Shown here one piece after another: positions 18,001 through 24,558 of a stretch of 27,059 nt of DNA. A program made the translations under genes and the position numbers. Below the pieces are notes generated by a model. The model searched no databases. It saw only the letters and a list, made by a program, of their open reading frames with translations, and was not told the DNA's origin. The stretch is taken from positions 1 to 27,059 of IMG/VR virus record IMGVR_UViG_3300006869_000083; one strand, 5' to 3'. Each line of letters starts with the position of its first letter. Position 1 is the stretch's first letter. Source of the DNA: a virus (lineage: Duplodnaviria; Caudoviricetes).

Positions 18001-18378
18001 CCATTAGGTCAAGATACCGGAGGTTACAAGTTTGGAGGTAGAATTAAAGGATTTAAGATGGGTGGAAGAGTACCTGACATGACACATATTACTCCTAAGA
18101 AGTATGCTATGGGTGGAAGAGATAATTTAATGAGAAGAGCACTTGTTGGAGAGTACGGACCTGAAGAAGTAAGATTTGTTCCTGGTTCTGGTTTCTTAGT
18201 AAAACCACTAACTCAAGGTGGACGTGGTAATAATACTATAGTAGAACATTTATCAGTAAATGTTACAGGAGTACCAGCAGACCCTTCACAAGCTAGAAAA
18301 GCTGCTATACAAATAAGTAAAGCTCTTTCAAGACTTGATAGAGAAGGTAGTGTTGGTGGCAATATAAGGAGAACATAA
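12082..18378 (+). CDS. Tail tape measure protein (TP901-like N-terminal domain)
   Basis: 2098 aa, Ala-rich and helical; EIAAIGGQLG and LGSSLVALGNNFAAQESEI motifs; hydrophobic segments; IFSPSR; C-terminal GG...VGEYGPE. Confidence 0.95.
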   Translation: MASIDAFKVRAVIEAGYDKASLRKANSEIAQSFNGMKTKLAKVNAIAASAQTNFMMVGATIAASFAAGVGAAASFEEQFVRVKKTLDIAGDSKQVEKSLDSISKKLRDLTKLSPATTDTVTEIAAIGGQLGVAAKDIVSFTDTIQKLTIATNLSAENAAMAMSRLQEITGTATSELDNLGSSLVALGNNFAAQESEIVTAALQIATSTAQIQGEMNNAAVDALAFSTALKAIGQPSQAGATAIVRLMSEMSEAIAQGGDNLEMFAKVARMSVPAFEQLFKLDSSQAVAAFIKGLEDTSSVGLTNISVLQKMGLGQVRTQKAILALAKANDTLYDALNTANEAYLENNALTEEAERRYETLFSELQRGKNLVKAEFIDFGLDNLDGAKNIVKDLNNFLFATTKAATTLFAKFSGGLGVLGVAYSILRGVKISLTSSATEGGILAASLERAQGAAALLKSSLGEVASLTAVSAEGASVAAYATKTRMFKGDIGLPFNTLGPSGLMERLMPGKYQMRLMETLANPAVTSLIYGGNIPKELYGLSNYAAKVQEIQNQLVSPGLRNNATADAFGIGAYAKATAEQLALQELSVSNDPFMTLGEEKMRGGFRRFAPTKMGKLKLQLLKGQSAAILKLRKVQSKLSIDEKSFAERINVTNQQFLRRKTLLNDLNAFMGAARGKGKGFNQVLDKQIEALYGDQLDFGNMGRLDRARLRKSALQGQSKAFNDVVASLQEKVKNTGEATASELQFLEAVDKGRAGLGRFTNAVMGTVKALGKMLIYTVAIQGIFKLVGKFGAAARGVEEYSAALSEASEKLNELYMNQLKLDQLQSGGVLDEITDKAVLENALKKIEQLEAANQKARRELAAELGQSFVENIIIARAGRESKNQGGYLESLIKQEAIAFKKSEADIRQDIGTAVGNVILNAVDPENLKRTGGKLPTIQELMDSLLFSDTTIDASGYKDIYIPSDLFSGVSSGMLIALQESSDKRIGSKEIFAMTGLDNLNDPNVLGELSNDLMNWGKKLGLGDEGILKYIMGDLKQFDFTPGQSAMEQLKNMFNTFRDIFGEEYTDQDVAQFVFDIAKAISTAEGIVGTSLENIEANFKNTLGPGSGLGREIKKFLVARLEDFRDTGIVTEEEIKRAGNNYQRIVELYTKTYDKFTKDNKLASDELKKELGITENAAIQLAARLDKAFTDARKSLVNLTAPLPDDAFQDMTALDVLLNTIKKSAAQAKFEKTLTALGAFGKPVLAAELAKVGVGGLDMAQTYLSNPALASAQEMYLRGLGGSDYVSEIVPEEAEDAEKERLEEMGYFMGEASVMGIVKGIEENSEEITDMFVEVLDNAFNNVFTLYGIFSPSRFTAKHIGEPLIDGVIVGIENGKLKLKDTFAAVINDSVADFELPDMKGSYKGTNVSYEELAGKISGNSQYLTNDFLTQGFLSSLGTTMMQNLDMFAEKLAKSYQQANSRMQEAFAIITQVTRAERAQTDQARALVKAKQDYAAVLRREASLSERLEKQKEKLMKLEVTGMAGNITVQERIGLLQRELDLTERKRRLDKDYTAREQLDIQAKEKEVAELGRMFNLGIVSALEVDAARDELREMKGEFKSETEKELFLLEYSNALEQKAEYEKEILEISPELVAARDAYIQLLDEQKLISLDVQAGANGIAEAEERVAEGVLSVDAAYANFKENAPEYVDEIGALEGAFGSVNTRVETLFGLINNLTKEGTFDFSSLKTQISDVTQDLADLLFAREMDELLDAGGVSGFRNVYQTAMQAALTGSGMEGRGFSQLMRMGLTNLDAYPILMEAYNALGGSDGNEVSDLSNIDKYSKFFKDSQFQKARVNRQGNILNNASYGQAMIDFLNMMGIGTVETDTGELGFSITNAEDISKGLSKELMVLGLRGMQEYEYMKILNSQMEALANRRSGPIVEEFFNDDDKDGTGPGTPGRNTVVNINSSNIPGGNLPSYLNELLFGTGSAFAPLGQDTGGYKFGGRIKGFKMGGRVPDMTHITPKKYAMGGRDNLMRRALVGEYGPEEVRFVPGSGFLVKPLTQGGRGNNTIVEHLSVNVTGVPADPSQARKAAIQISKALSRLDREGSVGGNIRRT

Positions 18379-19730
18379 TGTATCAAGTTCATATAGGAAG
18401 ATTATCAATAACATCACCCGCAACATTAAATCATAGTTCTTCATCTGATGGTAAGTCATTATCTATATCAGGTACATTAGGTGGTGTAGAAAATGAATTA
18501 GACCACTTAAAGTATATTAGAGACCAACTTCAGTCTATGGCAAGAATGGATGAACATGTTCCATTTAGATATGATGGAGATTCAAGTCTTAATGGTTATG
18601 TAAAAATAAACAGCGCAAGTGTAAACGTTAGTAAATATTTGTTAGGTAGTTTTGAATACAGCATAGATATGGAGTATGTAGGAAGAGAGGGAGATGTTAT
18701 GTTTGAATCTAGACTTACAGGTTCTTTGTTAGAAAATGACTTTAACGTTTCTAGTTCTACTACTCAACAATTTCATGCACCTCCAGCAGGTCATTACGCT
18801 TATATACATAATGGTGAACCTGAATCAGATATAAGAGTATGCAAAGATTTAACTTCTGATAATGAATTTGCTTCAGTTAATTTATATGTAAAAACAGACG
18901 AACAACTTAGAAATAATAATGCTCAATATGTAGTAGATATTGAGGATTATTACAAAGGATGTTGTCAGATATCTATAGGTACTCATCCACAAAAAACAAA
19001 CGCAGGTATTACCTCAACTGTTAATAGTGTTATGTGTGGCAAAGATGCTAACAACTGGCAAGTTGGGGATTCTTTAATATTAGAAAATGGATTAATTAAA
19101 TTAAAACTAGGAGTTAGCACCTCTAAAGCAACAGTAAACACTCTCATATATGACGATACACAATATGCAACAGAACAAGAATGGATATTTAGTTCTGGTC
19201 AAATAACTTCAGGAAACCAACAAGGTGATGACTTTTCAGGTTGGAGAAGAGTACAAATACTTGTAAATAGACCTGAAGTAGCAATCGTAAGATGTACTAC
19301 TTATTTAAATACAGATAAGTCAGGTAGACTAACTGTTGACTTTGCCTTGCGTAGAGGCTCACATTTTGTATCTGTTATTTCAAACTATTACACAGCGGGT
19401 ACACCAGTTAACTTTGGATTATACACTGCACCTTCTACCGCAGCTGATGATTCTACTATTTCTAGTGGTTACATAATAGATGGAACTGCTTCACCAGAAG
19501 ATAACAACTCATGGATTTTAGGAAGTACTGCATCGCTGTCTACAGACACAAATTTAACAGAGAATGGAATAATAAAAAGAGCAGTTGGTGGAGCAACATT
19601 TCCATTCTTTATAGGATATATATTAAGAGACGCAGATACTGGTCAACCATCTGATATTGATGATGCTGCTTCAATATACAATCAATACATAGATAATGTA
19701 AACGAAGCACAAAGGTTAATTAAAGCATAA
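18378..19730 (+). CDS. Minor tail protein (distal-tail position)
   Basis: 450 aa, beta-rich, TAATG-coupled directly after the tape measure gene. Confidence 0.7.
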   Translation: MYQVHIGRLSITSPATLNHSSSSDGKSLSISGTLGGVENELDHLKYIRDQLQSMARMDEHVPFRYDGDSSLNGYVKINSASVNVSKYLLGSFEYSIDMEYVGREGDVMFESRLTGSLLENDFNVSSSTTQQFHAPPAGHYAYIHNGEPESDIRVCKDLTSDNEFASVNLYVKTDEQLRNNNAQYVVDIEDYYKGCCQISIGTHPQKTNAGITSTVNSVMCGKDANNWQVGDSLILENGLIKLKLGVSTSKATVNTLIYDDTQYATEQEWIFSSGQITSGNQQGDDFSGWRRVQILVNRPEVAIVRCTTYLNTDKSGRLTVDFALRRGSHFVSVISNYYTAGTPVNFGLYTAPSTAADDSTISSGYIIDGTASPEDNNSWILGSTASLSTDTNLTENGIIKRAVGGATFPFFIGYILRDADTGQPSDIDDAASIYNQYIDNVNEAQRLIKA

Positions 19731-20422
19731 TGGCTGTTACAGAAAAATTAATGGCTCAAGGGTCATTCAATGTTGCATTAGATTTATCTTTAGTACCTAA
19801 TTCAATATTAAACGCAATACAACCTTTCGACCAAATAGTTATTACTAATAACGAAGTAGAAGCAGCAGATAGAATTGATAAAGTTATTTTGCCCAGTTCT
19901 GAATACGTAGGTGTAATTAGAACATTATCTCTAGAGCCAGAGTCAGCTTATATTGAAGGTGCTGGTCTTAATTTTTACCTAGGTGATGATGAAAACAAAG
20001 GTATGCCAGTTACTGACGCAGGTGCTTCTACTGCTCCAAGAGATTATACAGGTGTGTCTTTAGAATATTTTGTAAATAATGATGATGGAGCACCTTATGG
20101 AATTATTAGAAGAAATGATAATGGTAATTTAAGAGGTATATGGCCTGGTAATATATACGAAAAAACTGTTGAAGAAACTGACTTATTATTAAACTTTGAA
20201 GGTAGTGATGGAGATAAAACAACTACTGATGAAACTAATAGAAAACATGAAGTTACATTTCATCAAGGTGCTGAAATATCTACAGACCAAGCAAAGTTTG
20301 GAAACACCAGCCTTAAATTAACTGATGTTAACTCTCATTTAACAGTTGACTATAAACCAGAGTTTACACTTCATTCAGAAGATTTTACAATAGAGTGGTG
20401 GGAGTACAGGTTAACGCCGTGA
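19730..20422 (+). CDS. Tail-tip/hub protein N-terminal part ending in the first half of a LamG-like domain
   Basis: C-terminal LLLNFEG...AEISTDQAKFGNTSL...DFTIEWW is the start of a concanavalin-A/LamG-like domain typical of phage tail proteins. Confidence 0.7.
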   Translation: MAVTEKLMAQGSFNVALDLSLVPNSILNAIQPFDQIVITNNEVEAADRIDKVILPSSEYVGVIRTLSLEPESAYIEGAGLNFYLGDDENKGMPVTDAGASTAPRDYTGVSLEYFVNNDDGAPYGIIRRNDNGNLRGIWPGNIYEKTVEETDLLLNFEGSDGDKTTTDETNRKHEVTFHQGAEISTDQAKFGNTSLKLTDVNSHLTVDYKPEFTLHSEDFTIEWWEYRLTP

Positions 20423-20426
20423 TAAT

Positions 20427-23400
20427 ATGCCTCAATTTGATTTAGCAAACGCAACAGTTGACAATAGTTTTATAGATAATGTAATGTATCCTGATGAAGG
20501 ATTTGTTCCATATATTTATGATGACAAATATCCATTAGTAATTAGCAAAGCTACAGCAGAAGCTCTAAGCATAGATGATGATTTATTTGATTCTACAAAC
20601 AATGCTAATGGTGTTTATTATCACAGACTAGACCCTTACAACTCAACACAGTTTTCAACAGGTTCTAGGCTATATCAAACAAGACAAAACTATAGAAGTT
20701 CTAATACTGGTGTTTCAGGTTCTAGAGTTCCTTATAATCCAGATGTTCATGGTAAACCAACTGGTACTCTTACTGTAGGTTTTGGAGCTACTTTTCATCC
20801 CTATGGTATTACAGAAGATGATTTCTTTAAAAACTTTTATACAGATGGTATAGATATTAACGGGACTGTTTATACATTCCCAGCTTCATTTAGTTCAAGT
20901 TTAGTTAATAACAATGGTGGATATTGGCTAGATAATAATGGAACTTTACAAACTGGTAAAGATTTGCCATTTAAATACACTGGTGATGATTCATCAAATA
21001 GCAATATGAGATTTAGCTATTCATTAGCTAGAGAGCAAGCAAAGTGGTTATTTACTAGAAGTGGTGGATACATAGACTCTGTTAAAAATGCGATGACAGG
21101 GTACGAAGATGCTTTTCCTTACGATACTGCATTAGCTCAAACTCATTTTGAAATTATGTGTGCAATAGCATATCATCGTGGTGGTGCAGGATTTTCTAAG
21201 AGCCTTTTTGCTTATTTTTATAAACAAAAAGATGGAACAGGTGTAAGTAGCGTATCTGATTTAGATAATGAATATTCTGATATAGCAGCTTCTTTAATTT
21301 TTTTTGCATCAGTAAGAAATGACTTAGGTGGATATCATATATCTTCAGGAATGGCTGATAGATATCAAAGACATATAAATAGACTATTAAAAAATGACAA
21401 AACTGATACAACTCATTCTTTAGGAAATTTGGATGCAAAGAACGATTCAAATTGGTATTCTGGTGCAGATATACCAACCGAGTTTTTAAATAAACCAGAA
21501 TATACAACAGCTAAAACACCTGATGGTCGTTCTACAGGTAATACAAGTAATTACCAAGTTTTAAGTCAGTCTGGTGGAACATATGTAATTTCCTCATCTA
21601 CAACAATTGAAGACATAATAGATGATATTATGTCAAGACCAACAGTAGATTTTTGGACAGCTTCAGGATGGGATAGTGATGATTATCCTGAATACTATGC
21701 AGGTGATAGGTCTATATACGATACAGACGCAGGTAGCGAAGATTTCTATAAACTTAATGCAACTTATCAATCTATATATTCTCAATACTGGCAGGATGAA
21801 AATTCATACTTTCATGGTAAAACTGCTACTGGAACAAACCCAAGAAGTGCAACAAGACATGGGCCTGTAGTAGCTTCTACAACACACAATGGAATACCAT
21901 CATTCATAATTGGGTTAAATGAAAATGGTGGAGCTAATTCAAAAGTTTATATAAGGTCATCAATATCAAATACTGCTGTAGAAAATGGTGTTACATCAGC
22001 TTATGACATTGCAGATGGTAAATCACTTGGAACAATAGATTACGGACAATGGAATCATTTTGCAATAGTAAGAAAGGGTATAAATTTTTACACTTTTAAA
22101 AACGGAACAATGGTTGAAACATGGCAGAGTGATAAAAATATAAAATCTCCAACTCCTGATTTAAAAACTTTTTCTCCTGATGGAATGGATTTATCTATAG
22201 GTAAATCACAAACTGCTGACTACTTTTATGGCTACATAGATGGTTTAAAATGGACTAAAGGTGAAGGTCAAGTAAATATAGATAGTGGTGGAACTGCAAC
22301 ATTTACAGTTCCTACGAGTGCTCCTGTTATTGAAGACACAACAAATGCTTATTATGGTAAGCATCATATAGAAACTGTTAAAAGTGCTTTAGATAAAGCT
22401 GCTACCCAATTAGATGTAGAATACAGACTAAGAATTGGTGATAGTTCTGATGATACAGATAGACCTATTCCTGGTGGAACAAATCAAGGCAAGCTTTTAA
22501 TTGATATGGGGCCTAGAGAAAACTTATTTTCAGGTCACGCAGAAGACCCTACTGTAATTGTAGTTAGACAAAATAGTGGAGATGACCCTTCAATAACTGG
22601 TTTGAATCCATCTGCTATCAAGTCATCTTTTGATGCTTCAGAGTATGTTTCTATTGTTGAGTACATTTCTGATTATGGAGATGGAAAACAGTATGATGCA
22701 TTAGATGTTATTGACGACAAGAATCCATACAGAGGTTTAAATGGTGAGGAATTAGAAAGAGCTATTTATGTAACTGAGCCTGACCATGCGTATATGACCA
22801 GAGAAGAAAGAGCTATTGCTTTCTTAAATGAATTAAAAAGAACAAAAAGAAATATAAATTTAGATTTAGATTTTTACGATATACAAGGAGACTTTGAAGT
22901 AGGGGATAATATATTTGTTTATGACCCAGATTTAGGATTTGAAGACACTGATGATAAAGTTGCAGAAGACCCTGAAAGAAATTCTAAGTATGAAGTTTCT
23001 TATCAAGGTGAGTATATTAATCCAGAAAAAATTAGAGTTACTTCAATAACTTGGCCTGTACAAGAAGGATACGGTGTGTATTTAAGAAGATTACGTTCTT
23101 CTAGGTATAACTTAGTAGAATATGTTGATTTAACTCCTTACGTACAATGGGAAGGTGCAGGAACACAATTAGAAGTTGGAGACTTGCCATTGAGACTTGG
23201 TGATGATTTAAGATTTAGTCAGGTAACAAGTGGTATTACTTTAGGTGATAAATTTAACCAACCACAATCTGTTAGCAACTTAGCTTTAGTATCTGGATTC
23301 CAAGAAGATGCGTTAGGTGTTTCTAGAGCAATAATAAAAGCTACTTGGGATACACCGTTAAATGTTGATGGAACAATTATACAAAATGGTGTAATGTACA

Positions 23401-24557
23401 GAATTAGATATAGAAGAACTGGTAGTACAGACCCTTATACACAACTTACAGTCAATTGGGGTGTTAATGAATTTACTATAGAAGGATTAGACCTTGCAAC
23501 AAACTATGAAGTAGGAATAGCTCCTGTTAATAGTAATGGTGATAGCAACCTTTATACAAGCGACACTATTACAACTGCTATTGATGGAGATGCTCCAGAT
23601 AAACCAGGTCCAGCTGATAGTATTGCTGCTGGTACATTAAGAACTCAAATAGTTCATAGTTTAGGTAGAGCAGTGGATGACCAAGGTAATCCATTAGCAA
23701 GTATTGTTGACTTTACTTTACAAAATGACATTGAACATTTAAATGTTTATGTTTCTACACAAACAGGGTTCTCTATTACAGGTATGGAGCCAAAAGGAAA
23801 GATACCTGCTACTGCTGCAAATATAAGAAATAATATTCCTGTTGTTGGTGAAATAGCATTAGAAAATGGAGACGCTCATTATTTTAGATTTACTGCTGTA
23901 GATATTGCAGGTAACGAATCAGACCCTTCTGACCAGCAATTAGCAACTGGTCAATTGATTGCTACTCAATTCATATCTGACGCTGCAATTACAGAAGCAA
24001 AAATTAATGACTTAGCTGTTACTACTGCAAAGATAGGAGACGCAGCAATTGTTAATGCTAAGATAGGTAATATCATTGAGTCTGATAACTATTCAGCAGG
24101 TAGTTCTGGTTGGACAATTAGGAAACAAGATACTGGATATCCTGATGGATTTATAGAAATTAATGATGCTTTAATAAGAGGAAACATAACTGCAACTACA
24201 GGAGAAATTGGTGGCTGGACAATATCAGCTTCAAAGCTAACTGCAGGGAATTTAGAATTAGATGGTGGTAACACAAGCATTAAAGGTGATTATACACCGG
24301 GTTCATCAGGTTTTAGTTTAAACTCTGATGGTACTGTAGAATTTAATGAAGGAACATTTAGAGGTGCTATAACTGGTGCTACAATAAATATTGGAAACAA
24401 TGCATTTAATGTAAATAGCAGTGGACAATTATTTATGGGAAATTCAGTATTCGGTAGTGCTAACTTTAGAGTAGATTCAGATGGAACAATGGTTGCGTCT
24501 GGAGCAACTATAGCTGGTACTTTAAATGTAAATGCAGGCTCAATACACATAGGATAA
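20427..24557 (+). CDS. Large tail-tip protein: GH24 lysozyme-like domain, LamG C-half, hub region, FN3 domain(s), beta-repeat stalk
   Basis: EGFVPYIYDD/GTLTVGFG/AIAYHRG (lysozyme-like); WNHFAIVR...FYGYIDG (LamG); ATWDTP..YRIRYR..IEGL...NYEV (FN3); AAITEAKI/AVTTAKI/AIVNAKI repeats. Confidence 0.8.
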   Translation: MPQFDLANATVDNSFIDNVMYPDEGFVPYIYDDKYPLVISKATAEALSIDDDLFDSTNNANGVYYHRLDPYNSTQFSTGSRLYQTRQNYRSSNTGVSGSRVPYNPDVHGKPTGTLTVGFGATFHPYGITEDDFFKNFYTDGIDINGTVYTFPASFSSSLVNNNGGYWLDNNGTLQTGKDLPFKYTGDDSSNSNMRFSYSLAREQAKWLFTRSGGYIDSVKNAMTGYEDAFPYDTALAQTHFEIMCAIAYHRGGAGFSKSLFAYFYKQKDGTGVSSVSDLDNEYSDIAASLIFFASVRNDLGGYHISSGMADRYQRHINRLLKNDKTDTTHSLGNLDAKNDSNWYSGADIPTEFLNKPEYTTAKTPDGRSTGNTSNYQVLSQSGGTYVISSSTTIEDIIDDIMSRPTVDFWTASGWDSDDYPEYYAGDRSIYDTDAGSEDFYKLNATYQSIYSQYWQDENSYFHGKTATGTNPRSATRHGPVVASTTHNGIPSFIIGLNENGGANSKVYIRSSISNTAVENGVTSAYDIADGKSLGTIDYGQWNHFAIVRKGINFYTFKNGTMVETWQSDKNIKSPTPDLKTFSPDGMDLSIGKSQTADYFYGYIDGLKWTKGEGQVNIDSGGTATFTVPTSAPVIEDTTNAYYGKHHIETVKSALDKAATQLDVEYRLRIGDSSDDTDRPIPGGTNQGKLLIDMGPRENLFSGHAEDPTVIVVRQNSGDDPSITGLNPSAIKSSFDASEYVSIVEYISDYGDGKQYDALDVIDDKNPYRGLNGEELERAIYVTEPDHAYMTREERAIAFLNELKRTKRNINLDLDFYDIQGDFEVGDNIFVYDPDLGFEDTDDKVAEDPERNSKYEVSYQGEYINPEKIRVTSITWPVQEGYGVYLRRLRSSRYNLVEYVDLTPYVQWEGAGTQLEVGDLPLRLGDDLRFSQVTSGITLGDKFNQPQSVSNLALVSGFQEDALGVSRAIIKATWDTPLNVDGTIIQNGVMYRIRYRRTGSTDPYTQLTVNWGVNEFTIEGLDLATNYEVGIAPVNSNGDSNLYTSDTITTAIDGDAPDKPGPADSIAAGTLRTQIVHSLGRAVDDQGNPLASIVDFTLQNDIEHLNVYVSTQTGFSITGMEPKGKIPATAANIRNNIPVVGEIALENGDAHYFRFTAVDIAGNESDPSDQQLATGQLIATQFISDAAITEAKINDLAVTTAKIGDAAIVNAKIGNIIESDNYSAGSSGWTIRKQDTGYPDGFIEINDALIRGNITATTGEIGGWTISASKLTAGNLELDGGNTSIKGDYTPGSSGFSLNSDGTVEFNEGTFRGAITGATINIGNNAFNVNSSGQLFMGNSVFGSANFRVDSDGTMVASGATIAGTLNVNAGSIHIG

Positions 24558-24558
24558 T

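Noticed and set aside
20411-20429. Classical +1 frameshift or stop readthrough joining the 230-aa and 1376-aa ORFs
   Set aside because: The site is CCG TGA TAA rather than the shifty CCC-stop, and two tandem stops plus a frame change exclude simple readthrough. Not fully excluded, but unsupported.
21676-21870. 64-aa + strand alternative-frame ORF
   Set aside because: Fully nested in the 1376-aa gene, with no evidence for independent function.
20427-21900. Intein or intron explaining the insert in the LamG domain
   Set aside because: No Cys/Ser-start splicing block or HN-(C/S/T) end (THNG does not fit), no homing endonuclease motif, and no evident intron structure.
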